Shown piece by piece: positions 1 to 10,353 of a DNA stretch of 32,000 bases; positions within the stretch are counted from its first letter, which is position 1; every line of letters begins with the position of its first letter. The notes under the pieces were generated by a model. That model saw only the letters and a list, made by a program, of their open reading frames with translations. It ran no database searches and was not told where the DNA came from. This stretch comes from Pseudidiomarina andamanensis. Lineage in GTDB: Bacteria; Pseudomonadota; Gammaproteobacteria; Enterobacterales; Alteromonadaceae. Where the stretch lies: NCBI RefSeq assembly GCF_009734345.1, contig NZ_CP032551.1, positions 1,860,001-1,892,000 on the forward strand, read 5' to 3'. The position numbers and the translations under genes are program-made.

Positions 1-81
1 TACCAGCAGTACTATCAAGCCAATGCCAAAGTAATTGAGACCGGTTCCACCATTCTCGATACCATTTTGCAGTTACGCTAA
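1..81 (+). CDS. flgK: C-terminal end of hook-filament junction protein FlgK (5' part lies outside the window)
   Basis: Frame +1 is open from nt 1 to TAA at 79-81 and reads YQQYYQANAKVIETGSTILDTILQLR*, which looks like the C-terminal D0-type helix of axial flagellar proteins. flgL follows 23 nt downstream, the usual flgK-flgL order. Confidence 0.7.
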   Translation, partial: YQQYYQANAKVIETGSTILDTILQLR

Positions 82-104
82 ACGGACAACGCGGAGTATA
101 GATC

Positions 105-1301
105 ATGCGAATTAGCACACTCACCATGTACAACCAAAGCGTGTCATCGATGAACCGGCAACAAACCGAATTCATGAAAATTGGGCAACAAATTGCCAGT
201 GGCAAGCGTATCGTGAATATTTCTGATGATCCGCAAGCAATGACCCAAGCGATTAACATTGGTCAATCGAAAGCTGTTTCAAGTCAGTTTAGCGATGCCC
301 GTGTGGGTGTCCGTAACGCGCTCTCGCAAGAAGAAAGTGTATTGAATTCAGTGAACGACGTGTATTCACGAGCAAAAACCTTGATGGTGCAGGCTTCGAG
401 CGACACGTTGTCTGACGCCGACCGCGCTTCAGTTGCAAGCGAATTGCGCGGGTTGTATGAGTCATTGATTGGTTTGGGCAACACACGAGACGGCAATGGC
501 CGGTATTTATTTGGCGGTTATCAAGATGACACCGCCCCCTTTATTCGTGATGTAAATGGCGATGTGAGTTACGTTGGGCACGCAGAGGTTCGTGAGCAGC
601 AGGTTGATGGCGATCGTCGTATGGCGGTTGGCCATTCAGGCGACGATATATTTCGTTCAGTGCACAGTAGTGCTGGCTACCTTGCCGACGCAGGCTTGAC
701 TAACCAAGGCACGCTGCAGTTTAACGGTATTAATATCGTTGATTCGAATCATCCTGATTTCGGCTTAGCGTACGATATTGAGTTTGCTGATAATGCCGGC
801 CAAATGCAGTATCGCGTTAATGGAGGAGCCTGGGCTGATTATAACGACCCGACCACGGTTGCTTTGGGTGGTATTGAAGTCGAGTTAGAAGGCGCTCCAG
901 CTACTGGTGATACACTTCGTGTAGCACGAGGCCAAGATAATAATATGGATATTTTCCGAACGTTTGAGAAGGCATTAGCAGTGCTTGATAACGCAGCGGT
1001 AACGGATGCGCAAAAATCGCAACGCGTGAATACCTTACGTACGGTAATGCGCGAGTTTGATAATGGAATGGACAACGTATTAACCACCCGCGCGGAAGTT
1101 GGTGCACGACTGAATGAATTGGATGCCTTAGATACGATTGGTAGTAATCGTACGTTGGCGTACGAACAGGCGTTATCTGATCTCGTTGATTTAGATTATG
1201 TTGAAGCGGCATCGCAATATAGTGTGCGAATGGTTGGTTTGCAGGCGGCACAGAAGGCGTTTGTAGATATGAAAGACATGAGCCTGTTTAAGTTCCTTTA
1301 A
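105..1301 (+). CDS. flgL: Hook-filament junction protein FlgL (HAP3)
   Basis: 398-aa ORF. It has a flagellin-like N-terminus (MRISTLTMYNQSVSSMNRQQ...DDPQA) and a flagellin-like C-terminal helix (...YSVRMVGLQAAQKAFVDM). GGAG lies upstream of the ATG, and the gene sits directly after flgK. Confidence 0.9.
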   Translation: MRISTLTMYNQSVSSMNRQQTEFMKIGQQIASGKRIVNISDDPQAMTQAINIGQSKAVSSQFSDARVGVRNALSQEESVLNSVNDVYSRAKTLMVQASSDTLSDADRASVASELRGLYESLIGLGNTRDGNGRYLFGGYQDDTAPFIRDVNGDVSYVGHAEVREQQVDGDRRMAVGHSGDDIFRSVHSSAGYLADAGLTNQGTLQFNGINIVDSNHPDFGLAYDIEFADNAGQMQYRVNGGAWADYNDPTTVALGGIEVELEGAPATGDTLRVARGQDNNMDIFRTFEKALAVLDNAAVTDAQKSQRVNTLRTVMREFDNGMDNVLTTRAEVGARLNELDALDTIGSNRTLAYEQALSDLVDLDYVEAASQYSVRMVGLQAAQKAFVDMKDMSLFKFL

Positions 1302-1305
1302 GAAC

Positions 1306-1333
1306 CGTTATTCGTTAATCGTTATTAGTTATT
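1306..1333. repeat. Four tandem heptamers CGTTATT CGTTAAT CGTTATT AGTTATT in the convergent flgL/fliR spacer
   Basis: Read directly from nt 1306-1333. The spacer is only 44 nt (1302-1345) and shows no obvious hairpin terminator. Confidence 0.6.
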
Positions 1334-1345
1334 CGGAAATACAGT

Positions 1346-2125
1346 TTACATGGTGAGGAGGACTTGCTCGACCATGTCGAGGCCTAGGCGGAATAGGCGC
1401 TGTAAATAGCCGCCTAGTTCTGTTGTTAGTACCGTCATTAGTACCAAACCGAGTGTTAGTGACATCGGGAAACCGACCGAGAAAACAGTGAGCTGCGGAG
1501 CAGATCGGTTCAAGATACCGAGGGTTAGGTTCACAATGAGCAGCGCGCCGAAAACTGGTAACGCCAGTAAAATTCCCGAACTAAATACCACCATTCCGAA
1601 GCGCGCGACTTGATTAAACGCGTCAGCATTCAAACCAAGTGTGCCAATTGGCAATAACTCAAATGAACGAGCTAGAATTTCCAGCATAATCAAGTGCCCA
1701 TCAATAGCTAGAAACATTAAGATTGCAAAGGTATAGAACACGCGCGAGAGAATCATCGTGTTCGCACCGCTATCAGGCGAAAAGAAGGTGGCAAAGGCAA
1801 GACCCATTTGTAAGCCAATATACTCACCTGCGGCCTGTACGGCAGCGAAAACAACCTGAACAACAAGCCCTATAGTCACGCCGATGATGATTTGCTCGAC
1901 AATAATGCCGAAGCTAGCCCATGAAAATAACGGAATATTCGGCAATGGTGGCAAAACCGGCGCAATAATAACGCTAAATATTAGAGCTAAGCTAATTTTA
2001 ACTTGGTTTGGAATGCTGGAGTGGCTGAATACTGGCGCTATCAGCAATAACCCAGTAAAGCGGCAGAATGGCCATAAGAATAAGCTAATCCATTCCTGAA
2101 GTTGCGCGAAGGTGACCGTAATCAT
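1346..2125 (-). CDS. fliR: Flagellar export gate protein FliR
   Basis: 259-aa polytopic membrane ORF. It is the last gene of the fliPQR series, 11 nt after fliQ. Confidence 0.9.
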   Translation of the reverse strand: MITVTFAQLQEWISLFLWPFCRFTGLLLIAPVFSHSSIPNQVKISLALIFSVIIAPVLPPLPNIPLFSWASFGIIVEQIIIGVTIGLVVQVVFAAVQAAGEYIGLQMGLAFATFFSPDSGANTMILSRVFYTFAILMFLAIDGHLIMLEILARSFELLPIGTLGLNADAFNQVARFGMVVFSSGILLALPVFGALLIVNLTLGILNRSAPQLTVFSVGFPMSLTLGLVLMTVLTTELGGYLQRLFRLGLDMVEQVLLTM

Positions 2126-2136
2126 GCGCGACTCCG

Positions 2137-2406
2137 CTATTGAATCATGGACGGAATATTGGTGAATAACCGCGTGGTGAAATCAATAATCAATTGGAGC
2201 AAGTAAGGACCAATAAGTACTAGCACGGCGAGTACGCCGAGAATCTTCGGAATGAAGCTCAAGGTCATCTCGTTAATTTGTGTGGCGGCTTGAAATAGGC
2301 TTATCAGAAGACCAAGTAGCAACGCAGTGAGTAGCAACGGGCCAGCTAGGTAGACACAAAGTAGCATGGCTTGGTAGGCAATAGTCATGACCGTTTCAGG
2401 TGTCAT
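2137..2406 (-). CDS. fliQ: Flagellar export gate protein FliQ
   Basis: 89 aa. MTPETVM...LLISLFQAATQINEMTLSFIPKI... is nearly the canonical FliQ sequence. Confidence 0.95.
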   Translation of the reverse strand: MTPETVMTIAYQAMLLCVYLAGPLLLTALLLGLLISLFQAATQINEMTLSFIPKILGVLAVLVLIGPYLLQLIIDFTTRLFTNIPSMIQ

Positions 2407-2415
2407 TGGTGCCCC

Positions 2416-3159
2416 CTACACGTAAAAACTGGCTGCGAGTGAGCCAATCAGTAACTGCCAGCCATCCACCAGCACAAACAACATGAGTTTGAACGGTAAT
2501 GAAATAGTTGCCGGAGGCACCATCATCATACCGAGCGCCATTAAAACGCTGGCTACAACCAAATCGATAATCAAGAACGGGATAAAAATAGTAAAACCAA
2601 TTTGGAAAGCAGTTTTAAGTTCGCTAGTCACAAATGAAGGCACCAACACATGAAACGGCACGTCTTGTGGCGTCGCAATAGGGCCAACATCAGCAAGATT
2701 GGCGAATAGTGCCAAATCAGGCTCGCGAGTTTGGGCGAGCATGAACTCACGTAATGGCCCAGATGCGAGTTCTAAAAACTGTGGGAAATCGATATTGTCT
2801 TGACTAAATGGCAACCACGCAATGTCGTAAATTTGGTTGAAAACCGGTGCCATGATGAAAAATGTCAAAAACAGCGCAAGCCCCAATAAAACTTGGTTAG
2901 GTGGCGCCGATTGCGTCCCCATGGCTGTTCTTAACAGGCCAAAAACAATGATAAGTCGCACAAAGCAGGTCATCATTAGGATAACCGCTGGTAAAAAAGT
3001 AAGGCTCGTTAAAAATAGTAAGGTTTGCAGCGACAATGACCATTGCTGGCCACCATTTTCGGTTGGTTCAACCAAAACACCAGGAATTGACTGAGCTAAC
3101 GCGTCAAGAGGCAACCAAAACACGGCTACAGTCATGATTATTAACCAAATACGACGCAT
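2416..3159 (-). CDS. fliP: Flagellar export gate protein FliP
   Basis: 247 aa with an N-terminal signal-like segment and the conserved FliP C-terminus ...[27 protein letters not shown]. The start overlaps the fliO stop by 1 nt (TAATG). Confidence 0.95.
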   Translation of the reverse strand: MRRIWLIIMTVAVFWLPLDALAQSIPGVLVEPTENGGQQWSLSLQTLLFLTSLTFLPAVILMMTCFVRLIIVFGLLRTAMGTQSAPPNQVLLGLALFLTFFIMAPVFNQIYDIAWLPFSQDNIDFPQFLELASGPLREFMLAQTREPDLALFANLADVGPIATPQDVPFHVLVPSFVTSELKTAFQIGFTIFIPFLIIDLVVASVLMALGMMMVPPATISLPFKLMLFVLVDGWQLLIGSLAASFYV

Positions 3160-3530
3160 TACTTGGCCTCTTCAGATGGCGCTGAGGTGTTTTTATTTAG
3201 AGCTTGTTGTAACCGCGCGGCAAAGCTATTTAATTGCGGTTCTGGACGTTCTTGGGCTGGCATTTCATGTAGCTTAGTGACATGGCCAGCAGCCACGCCA
3301 AGTACCAGCCAGGTATCGTTGATTTCGACAATGACCACGCGTTCGCGCTGACCAACAGCGACTGAACCGACAACGTTGAGCAACTTCGAGTGGCCTAATG
3401 ACGTGCCATTGAGTTTACGGAAAAGCCAAGCACACAGCAGAATAATGCCAATAATTAAAATGAGTACTAGGGTCACTTGGCCAAGCAGAGCGAGGCCGCT
3501 ATCAACTTCTACTGTGGTTGGTTCGTTCAT
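3159..3530 (-). CDS. fliO: Flagellar biosynthesis protein FliO
   Basis: 123 aa with a single TM ([17 protein letters not shown]). It lies between fliN and fliP and shares an ATGA overlap with the fliN stop. Confidence 0.8.
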   Translation of the reverse strand: MNEPTTVEVDSGLALLGQVTLVLILIIGIILLCAWLFRKLNGTSLGHSKLLNVVGSVAVGQRERVVIVEINDTWLVLGVAAGHVTKLHEMPAQERPEPQLNSFAARLQQALNKNTSAPSEEAK

Positions 3531-3931
3531 CGGTTTAACTTTTGTACTCGTTCTGAAGGCGTCACAATCTCGGTAATTCGAATACCGTATTTGTCATCTA
3601 AAACAACCACTTCGCCTTGGGCTATTAAATAACCGTTAATCAAAATATCCATCGGTTCGCCGGCTAAACCTTCAAGTTCTACCACCGAACCTTGGGCTAA
3701 TTCTAGCAGTTGTTTAATGGTAATGCGGGTACGACCTAATTCCACACTCAATTTCACCGGAATATCCATGATGATATCCAGCTCATTCATTGAGCTTGCT
3801 TGCGCCGTGTTCTCTAACGGTTTGAATACGCTATTGGCATTTTCATCTGGCGCTGCGTCTGCTTGTTCTTCCAATGCATCTGCCCACGGGTCTTGCTCGT
3901 TATCTGGGTTTACTTTGTCTTTATTCGTCAT
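3527..3931 (-). CDS. fliN: Flagellar motor switch protein FliN
   Basis: SpoA-type C-terminus IPVKLSVELGRTRITIKQLLELAQGSVVELEGLAGEPMDILINGYLIAQGEVVVLDDKYGIRITEI. I place the start at the internal ATG (3931, MTNKDK...) because GAAGGAG lies 7 nt upstream. The longer track ORF (to 3985) would overlap fliM heavily. Confidence 0.9.
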   Translation of the reverse strand: MTNKDKVNPDNEQDPWADALEEQADAAPDENANSVFKPLENTAQASSMNELDIIMDIPVKLSVELGRTRITIKQLLELAQGSVVELEGLAGEPMDILINGYLIAQGEVVVLDDKYGIRITEIVTPSERVQKLNR

Positions 3932-5039
3932 CAGAGGGCTCCTTCGCACGCAAAGGGGTAAAAATACCGCCTTTATTTCGTTCACGCATAAGTGAATGCG
4001 GGAATCGATGGTTTTCGAGTAATCGCTTCACCTTGAGTGCGCGATTGTCATTGAGACTGCCAAATTCACATTCCATGATTGGCAAGGCATTCACCGTTGC
4101 AGTTACCGTTTCGGGCAACTCAATTGGGAGTACATCGCCGGGTTTAAGTGACATGACTTGTGGAATTCGCATCGGGATATCAACAAAGTTGGCGATAAGC
4201 TCGACGCTTGAGGCCTGCAGTTCATGGGTAATGCGCTGGCGCCAGGCTTTATCGTTACTGTTGCCGCCGATATCTGCACGCAAGTTGGTGAGCTTGTCAC
4301 GCAATGGCTCAACCATGGCGTAAGGCATACAAATTTTGAAGTTGCTATCGAGGTTACCCACTTCCAAATGAAATGTGGTAGTGACAACGATTTCACTTGG
4401 TGAGCTAGTAATCGCTGCAAATTTCGGCTGCATTTCTGAGCGAACGTAGCTGATTTCAAGCGGATGTACCGCACGCCACGACTCTTGGTAAGCATCGATA
4501 GCCAGGTTGAGCACGCGGTTAATGATACGTTGTTCTGTGCCGGTAAACTCGCGCGCTTCGTTGCGGGTCATAAAGCGGCCATCGCCACCAAACAGGTTCT
4601 CGACGATCATCGATACAAGCGCATGCGGGAATACCACAAGTGCGCTACCGCGTAATGGCTTCATCGAAATAATATTTAAGTTGGTTGGCGTTGGCGTGGC
4701 ATCAGCAAAGTCACTGAAGCGTTGGTATTTCACCGACTCAACAGAAATATCAGCGTTACGGCGCAACAAGTTAAACAAGTTCATACGAAATTGACGGGCA
4801 AAGCGTTCGTTAATGACCTCTAGGGTATGTAAGCGTTCACGGACAATGCGCGCCTGCGAACCTGGGTCAAACGGCTGTTGCTTCACTTTGCGTTTTGGCT
4901 TTTGCGCCAACGCATCGACTCCAGCATCTTGGCCAAGGGGAGCCGTAGTCTGGTCATCGATATCAACATCATCTTCGGGTGCAATACCCGCCAATAATGC
5001 ATCAAGTTCTTCTTGTGACAGTTGGTGTCCGTTACTCAT
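3921..5039 (-). CDS. fliM: Flagellar motor switch protein FliM
   Basis: 372 aa. It carries the N-terminal CheY-P-binding-type peptide LSQEELDALL, then FDPGSQARIVRERL, GGDGRF and a C-terminal SpoA-like region. Confidence 0.95.
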   Translation of the reverse strand: MSNGHQLSQEELDALLAGIAPEDDVDIDDQTTAPLGQDAGVDALAQKPKRKVKQQPFDPGSQARIVRERLHTLEVINERFARQFRMNLFNLLRRNADISVESVKYQRFSDFADATPTPTNLNIISMKPLRGSALVVFPHALVSMIVENLFGGDGRFMTRNEAREFTGTEQRIINRVLNLAIDAYQESWRAVHPLEISYVRSEMQPKFAAITSSPSEIVVTTTFHLEVGNLDSNFKICMPYAMVEPLRDKLTNLRADIGGNSNDKAWRQRITHELQASSVELIANFVDIPMRIPQVMSLKPGDVLPIELPETVTATVNALPIMECEFGSLNDNRALKVKRLLENHRFPHSLMRERNKGGIFTPLRAKEPSDDE

Positions 5040-5082
5040 GTGTTCTCTTTACGTTGTGCTTGTTTACGCCATTGCTCAATTA

Positions 5083-5574
5083 TTATTGAACAATAAACTC
5101 AGTAAACAGTACTTCGTTAATGGCTAGCTCTTCATCACCTTGATACGGAGCGCTGAGTGAATCCATAATGCTTTTAGCTAGAATCTTTTTCCCTTCAGAT
5201 TGGGCAATTTTCTCGGCTTCTTGACCCGATAAAAGCACCAACAAGCGGTTACGAACTTGCGGCATATTCTTCATGAGAGTCGCTTTCACTTTTTCGCTAG
5301 GCACTTCAAGCGTTAACCCGGCGTAAAGTAGACGAGGACCAAACTGATCGCTTTGCAAGTTTACAGTAAACGGCGAAATTGCCACAAAAACCGGATCGGT
5401 CGGTTCAGGCTCGGCTTGAACAGCACCTACGGCAGAGGCAGCTGCTAAGTTACGCGTATCCCATAACAAATAGGTGTTGAGGCCAATTAAAACCAACACT
5501 AAAACCAAGATGATCAGCATAACTGGGGAGTTATTATTTCTAGGAGCTGCTTGAATGTCATTTTTACGCGCCAT
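5083..5574 (-). CDS. fliL: Flagellar basal-body-associated protein FliL
   Basis: 163 aa with one N-terminal TM (VMLIILVLVLVLIGL). It lies between fliK and fliM. Confidence 0.85.
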   Translation of the reverse strand: MARKNDIQAAPRNNNSPVMLIILVLVLVLIGLNTYLLWDTRNLAAASAVGAVQAEPEPTDPVFVAISPFTVNLQSDQFGPRLLYAGLTLEVPSEKVKATLMKNMPQVRNRLLVLLSGQEAEKIAQSEGKKILAKSIMDSLSAPYQGDEELAINEVLFTEFIVQ

Positions 5575-5608
5575 TTCTTTATCCTTTAACTAGTTACCAA
5601 CTTACGCC

Positions 5609-6829
5609 CTAAGCAAACGTATCGACTTGACCGTTATGAGCGGCGGCAGTATGCCGAGAATTTGAGCCCATGTCAGTATTCTCGGCCGATTCTGAATTTT
5701 CTACAGTGTTTTCGCTGGTATTTTGTTCATTTTGTTGTGAGTTGGCAGCCCATTGCTGTGCCTGTTGACGCGCTTGTTGCTGAGCAAACTGTTGGCCTTG
5801 GTCGCTCACTTGTGAATCACCTAGTTGAATACCTTGGTTGGCGAGGGCTTCGCGTAAGTTTGGCAAAGCTTGTTCTAGCGCACCGCGAACCTGTTGGCTG
5901 TGCGTCAAAATATTCAGCTGCGCAGTGGTATCATCCATGCGCAACTGTACCTGCAGAGGGCCAAGCTCGGCTGGGTGCAAACGTAACGTCATTTCATTTT
6001 GATTATGCATGACCATCTGTAGCACGTTTTGCTGTAACTGATTGGCCCAAGCTTGACTGCCAACTGGTGCCGCAAGTGATGCCGTGGCTGCTGTCGTGCT
6101 CGGAGTTGTCGGTGCAGCTTGTGTTAATTGAGCGGATTGAGTCACTGGTGTTTCAATCATAATCACACTTGCGGTCACGCTTGAAACCGGTGTTTGCACT
6201 GCGCGAGCGGTTTCTAGCTGAGTTGAATTAACCGAATTCAACTCAGGTGTAAGCGGCGCGATTGGGTTACGAATTTCAGGTTTTGCTGGTTCCGACATAG
6301 CAACAGGAGCAGATGCTGCGAGTTGATCGAGAGGTTTTGTCGACACGGCATTGTCATTGATAAGTGTTGCGGCGGTGCTCGTATTCGTCTCGTTGGCGAT
6401 GACTGCTGAAACAGGCGCAGCTATTACTGCTGGGCGTTGTAGTGGCGTTTTCCCAACTGCGTTAGCCACAATCGCCTGTACTGATTCACTTGCCGCAGCG
6501 GGCTGTGCCGCTTGCGGTTGTTGCAAGGCTTGTTGCTGCTGTAACTGCGCTAAAATTTGAGCAATGGCTTCAGGGTTTAAATCGGCTTGCTCTAACAGCT
6601 GTTCTTGCTCGCTGGTATTTAAGTTTTTCGCCAGTTGCTGCAACTGAGCTTCTGTTGTTGCAGAGTCTAGTTGATAGCCGTTTGTACCCGCTGGTGAACC
6701 AGTGTGGTTCGACAATGCGGCAAAGAGAGCGGCGAAACCTGAAACCGGTGCGTTGGTATCAGTCGATGCAGCCGAGCCTTTGTTAGTGGCCGGTGTGGTA
6801 GTCATTAAATTATTAAAATTAACCATCAT
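5609..6829 (-). CDS. fliK: Flagellar hook-length control protein FliK
   Basis: The central region is rich in Q, A, T and P. The C-terminus has the Flg_hook-type motif LRLHPAELGPLQVQLRMDDTTAQLNILTHSQQVRGALEQALPNLREAL. The start is placed at the ATGATG (6829/6826) preceded by AAGGTGAG. The track ORF start at 6859 would overlap fliJ. Confidence 0.8.
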   Translation of the reverse strand: MMVNFNNLMTTTPATNKGSAASTDTNAPVSGFAALFAALSNHTGSPAGTNGYQLDSATTEAQLQQLAKNLNTSEQEQLLEQADLNPEAIAQILAQLQQQQALQQPQAAQPAAASESVQAIVANAVGKTPLQRPAVIAAPVSAVIANETNTSTAATLINDNAVSTKPLDQLAASAPVAMSEPAKPEIRNPIAPLTPELNSVNSTQLETARAVQTPVSSVTASVIMIETPVTQSAQLTQAAPTTPSTTAATASLAAPVGSQAWANQLQQNVLQMVMHNQNEMTLRLHPAELGPLQVQLRMDDTTAQLNILTHSQQVRGALEQALPNLREALANQGIQLGDSQVSDQGQQFAQQQARQQAQQWAANSQQNEQNTSENTVENSESAENTDMGSNSRHTAAAHNGQVDTFA

Positions 6830-6845
6830 ACTCACCTTTTTTCTC

Positions 6846-7292
6846 CTAACGCAGCCCACGCTGGCGCATGTACATGGCTAACGACAGCTCATCAGCTAGC
6901 TTCTGTTCGCGTTTCACTGCAACTTTCACCTCGGCTGCCTGCTTACGGTCAGCTAAAGTTTCATATGACGCCAATTTACGTTGTTTGGTTTGCCAAAATT
7001 GCTGGCTTTTATCTACTTTTGTTTCTTGATCAACTAACGCATTTTGTGCTCGCGCCACGGCGCTATCTAAGCTCGCTAAAAACTGGCGATAGTTGGTCAG
7101 TAAGTGGCTTGCGATGCCGCATTGCATTTGTTGCTGAAGCTGCAATGCATAGTCGTTTCGATATTGCTGCAGCGTTTGTAACTGCTGCGCAATTTTGTGT
7201 TTGTTTTGGCGCTCTTCTGCCAATAACTTGGCCGCTTCATTACGTGCTTTCTCAGCTTGTTCAGTTAAGTGGGCTAAAACAAATCCATTCAT
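6846..7292 (-). CDS. fliJ: Flagellar export chaperone / stalk protein FliJ
   Basis: 148-aa protein rich in charged residues and Gln, predicted coiled coil. It lies between fliI and fliK. Confidence 0.8.
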   Translation of the reverse strand: MNGFVLAHLTEQAEKARNEAAKLLAEERQNKHKIAQQLQTLQQYRNDYALQLQQQMQCGIASHLLTNYRQFLASLDSAVARAQNALVDQETKVDKSQQFWQTKQRKLASYETLADRKQAAEVKVAVKREQKLADELSLAMYMRQRGLR

Positions 7293-7294
7293 GT

Positions 7295-8662
7295 TCAGGC
7301 TACTCCAACTAATTCAGTTAAGCGCTGCTGAGACTGTGCAATCGGCGCTTGTTCCGACATTTTTTGCTGCAAGTACGCTTCCACTTGCGGAAATTTTTGT
7401 ACCGCTTGGTCAAGTAACGGGTCGTGACCTGGGCTATAAGCGCCAACGCTAATTAAGTCACGATTGCGCTGATACACTGAGAACAATTTTTTCAATCGCT
7501 GCGCTTGTTGCTGCTGTCCTAGCGTGGTTACCGATGGCATGACACGACTAATCGATGCTTCAACATCAATGGCTGGGTAATGGCCGCTCTCTGCCAAGTG
7601 ACGCGACAAGACGATGTGACCGTCAAGAATGGCGCGGGTTGAATCAGCAATCGGGTCTTGTTGGTCGTCGCCTTCAGTTAACACGGTATAAAACGCTGTA
7701 ATTGAACCACCACCACGCACACCGTTACCTGCGCGCTCAACTAGCGCTGGAATTTTCGCAAACACACTGGGTGGATAGCCTTTCGTGGCTGGTGGTTCGC
7801 CAATGGCTAAGGCAATTTCGCGTTGCGCCATAGCAAATCGTGTCAAAGAATCCATGATCAGCAATACGTGCTGACCTTTGTCACGGAAATCTTCTGCTAG
7901 GCGTGTGGCGTATGACGCGCCTTGTAAACGCTGCAATGGTGATGAGTCAGCTGGTGCTGCGACGACTACTGAGCGCGCCATGCCTTCTTCACCAAGAATA
8001 TGGTCGATAAACTCTTGAACCTCACGACCCCGCTCACCAATCAAACCAACCACAATCACGTCAGCTTTGGTAAAGCGTGCCATCATACCGAGTAACACTG
8101 ACTTACCAACACCGGAACCTGCGAAAAGACCCATGCGTTGGCCGCGACCAACACTAAGCAGGCCGTTGATAGCGCGAATACCCACATCAATTGAGGTATC
8201 AATAGGGGCACGAAGCATTGGATTGATGGTTTTGGTTGCCAAATAGCCGTATTCAGCCTGTTTCGGTAACGGTTTGTTATCGAGTGGGCGGCCGCTACCG
8301 TCAAGTACACGTCCCAATAAGCTATCGCCCAGTGGAAAACGGCGGCTATCATTGTGACCATCGTTGAGTGGCATGACACGAGCACCAGGCACTAGGCCTT
8401 GAACCGCATCCAAAGGCATTAAATAAGTTACTTCACCAGCAAAACCAACCACTTCTGCTTCAACAAGAGCTTCGCCATGTTGTGGCATCTCAATTACACA
8501 ACTGCTACCTACAGGCAGTTTTAAGCCAACAGCTTCAAGTACCATGCCGGTGGCACGCATTAATCGGCCGCACATATACCACTGCGGTAAGTGCTGCAGA
8601 CGCTGGTTGACACTGTTGAGTGTCACCTGCCATTGATGCAATTGCTGCTGGGCGTTAGCCAT
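7295..8662 (-). CDS. fliI: Flagellum-specific ATPase FliI
   Basis: Walker A GSGVGKS and Walker B region [13 protein letters not shown], giving an F1-beta-like core. The start is placed at MANAQQQ (8662), which overlaps the fliH stop. The track ORF extends to 8716. Confidence 0.95.
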   Translation of the reverse strand: MANAQQQLHQWQVTLNSVNQRLQHLPQWYMCGRLMRATGMVLEAVGLKLPVGSSCVIEMPQHGEALVEAEVVGFAGEVTYLMPLDAVQGLVPGARVMPLNDGHNDSRRFPLGDSLLGRVLDGSGRPLDNKPLPKQAEYGYLATKTINPMLRAPIDTSIDVGIRAINGLLSVGRGQRMGLFAGSGVGKSVLLGMMARFTKADVIVVGLIGERGREVQEFIDHILGEEGMARSVVVAAPADSSPLQRLQGASYATRLAEDFRDKGQHVLLIMDSLTRFAMAQREIALAIGEPPATKGYPPSVFAKIPALVERAGNGVRGGGSITAFYTVLTEGDDQQDPIADSTRAILDGHIVLSRHLAESGHYPAIDVEASISRVMPSVTTLGQQQQAQRLKKLFSVYQRNRDLISVGAYSPGHDPLLDQAVQKFPQVEAYLQQKMSEQAPIAQSQQRLTELVGVA

Positions 8663-9347
8663 GGCGTCCTCGTAGTTGGTGCACAATGCGTTGCCAACGG
8701 GTCTCGATAGTGGCATCGAGCTCGCCGTTAGCGCTAATTAAACGGCATCCGCCGCGTTCAAGACGGTCGTCAGCTCTTAACTTCCAGCCTACCGTGGCAA
8801 TTTCTTGTTCTAAGTGCTGTTTGACTAGCTCTAAATCTTCAGGGTTAAGCAGTAACACCGGTTTGTCGGTGAGCATTGGGTCTTCGTGTAAAATAGCTCG
8901 AATTAACTCTAAAACTTGCTCAGGATTTACTGCTAACGCTTCACCGGCCAGCTGCCGGCCGACGGTTAATGCCAGTTGCAGTAAACTTTCTGATAAATGC
9001 GCGTCCATCCCCTGCACAGCGGTATCTGCTTCTTTAATCAGATCAGCAAGCGGTGCTAATGCGGCTTGTAGCTGCCCGTTATATTCAGCTAGGCCTTCTT
9101 CACGACCCGCTTTTAAACCCTCTTCATGTCCTGCTTGATAACCTGCCTCGCGTCCTGCTTTTAAGCCTTCTTCATAAGCTTCTTGGCGCGCTTGTTCCCG
9201 CAATTGACGCAGTTCACTTTGTTGATCGAACTGCGCTTGCTCTGCTTGTTGCTGCTGTGAGGCATCGCGTCGCTGCTTGGCAGACAACGGTTCCATATTC
9301 CAGCTACGCCACTGATTGTTCGTATTAGACGAAGGCATCATCACCAC
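8655..9347 (-). CDS. fliH: Flagellar assembly protein FliH
   Basis: 230 aa with a charged N-terminal half containing repeated AxxxG/GxxxG segments ([27 protein letters not shown]). It lies between fliG and fliI. The exact start is uncertain by a few codons. Confidence 0.85.
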   Translation of the reverse strand: MVMMPSSNTNNQWRSWNMEPLSAKQRRDASQQQQAEQAQFDQQSELRQLREQARQEAYEEGLKAGREAGYQAGHEEGLKAGREEGLAEYNGQLQAALAPLADLIKEADTAVQGMDAHLSESLLQLALTVGRQLAGEALAVNPEQVLELIRAILHEDPMLTDKPVLLLNPEDLELVKQHLEQEIATVGWKLRADDRLERGGCRLISANGELDATIETRWQRIVHQLRGRHG

Positions 9348-10353
9348 TACTCAACACAATTTCACCCGAGTCGGCCAAACGACGCACCACTTGCAGAATA
9401 GCTTTCTGCTCGCTTTCCACTTGTGAAACACGAATTGGCCCACGGGTTTCCATTTCTTCGCGAATAAGCTGTGCGGCGCGTTGCGACATATTGCGTAAGA
9501 ATTTCTCCACCAAGGCATCGTCGGCACCTTTGAGTGCCACCACCAATGACGTGGTTTCGATCTGGCGTAGCAGTACTTGAATACTGCGGTCGTCGAGATC
9601 CATAAGGTTTTCAAACAGGAACATCTCGTCGACTATTTTCTGTGCCAACTCGTCGTTGTATGCGCGAATGTTTTCAAGCGCGGTGTCTTCTTGGCCAGCA
9701 CTAAGCAAGTTAAGAATTTCCGCAGCCGTGCGCACACCGCCCATTTTGCTGCGTTTCAGCGACTGACCATCGAGCATGCCGCCGAGCACTTCGGTGAGCT
9801 CTTGCAACGCCGCTGGCTGCACGCCGGTAAAGGTGGCAACGCGCAATACCACATCGTTGCGCAGGCGTTCGTCAAATAACTCCAACACGCCAGCTGCTTG
9901 CGCACGGTCTAAGTGAATCAATATGGTTGCGATAATCTGCGGGTGCTCGTCTTTGATCATCTCCGCCACTTCTGGCACATCCATCATGTTCAGCGCATCA
10001 ATACCAATGCCGCCAACTTTGTGCTCGAGCACATCTTCAATCAGTGTATTGGCGCGATCTGACCCCAGTGCTTTCGTGAGAACTGAGCGAACGTAATCGT
10101 CGTATTTGTCGAGCGAAGGTGTATTGGCTAAATCACCATGAAACATCTCAAGCACAGCTTTAATGTCGGCATGTGACACATCCGAAAGCTTCGTCATTTC
10201 TTTACTGATTTTCTGAATCTGATTTGGCGGAAAATGCTTGAACACTTCTGCGGCTGATTCTTCTTCCAGCATCAATAACAGCAGCGCCGTACGACGCAAA
10301 CCGGTCATTTCTTTAGCGACACTTTTGTCATGTGCGTTAGACGTGGTCATCAT
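9325..10353 (-). CDS. fliG: Flagellar motor switch protein FliG
   Basis: 342 aa with EHPQIIATIL, MFLFENL and the charged C-terminal torque-helix region. The start overlaps the fliF 3' end. Confidence 0.95.
   Translation of the reverse strand: MMTTSNAHDKSVAKEMTGLRRTALLLLMLEEESAAEVFKHFPPNQIQKISKEMTKLSDVSHADIKAVLEMFHGDLANTPSLDKYDDYVRSVLTKALGSDRANTLIEDVLEHKVGGIGIDALNMMDVPEVAEMIKDEHPQIIATILIHLDRAQAAGVLELFDERLRNDVVLRVATFTGVQPAALQELTEVLGGMLDGQSLKRSKMGGVRTAAEILNLLSAGQEDTALENIRAYNDELAQKIVDEMFLFENLMDLDDRSIQVLLRQIETTSLVVALKGADDALVEKFLRNMSQRAAQLIREEMETRGPIRVSQVESEQKAILQVVRRLADSGEIVLSSGDDAFV

Noticed and set aside
3932-3985. N-terminal extensions of several track ORFs: fliN to 3985, fliI to 8716, fliK to 6859, fliF to 12112, fliE from 12252, fliT from 18194, flhD from 19747, flhB from 22571, and the FlhB-C-like ORF from 19260
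   Set aside because: In each case an internal ATG aligns with the conserved N-terminus of the family, or has a better Shine-Dalgarno sequence, or removes a long overlap with the upstream gene. The longer forms are artefacts of taking the first possible start, often a TTG or GTG. Exact starts remain uncertain by a few codons.
3874-4495. 149-aa (+) and 130-aa (-) ORFs overlapping fliM and fliN
   Set aside because: They are alternative-frame or antisense ORFs within strongly conserved fliM. They have no motifs, and the genuine fliM frame explains the region.
5900-6700. Q/A/T/P-rich low-complexity stretch and CAG/CAA-rich DNA in fliK
   Set aside because: This is the normal disordered ruler region of hook-length control proteins. 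It is not a repeat element or a sign of a pseudogene, and the frame is intact.
9080-9200. Apparent DNA repeat within fliH (twice ...GAAGGCTTAAAAGCAGGACG...-like)
   Set aside because: It reflects the repeated EEGLKAGRE/AxxxG peptide segments typical of FliH. It is a coding-level repeat, not a separate element.
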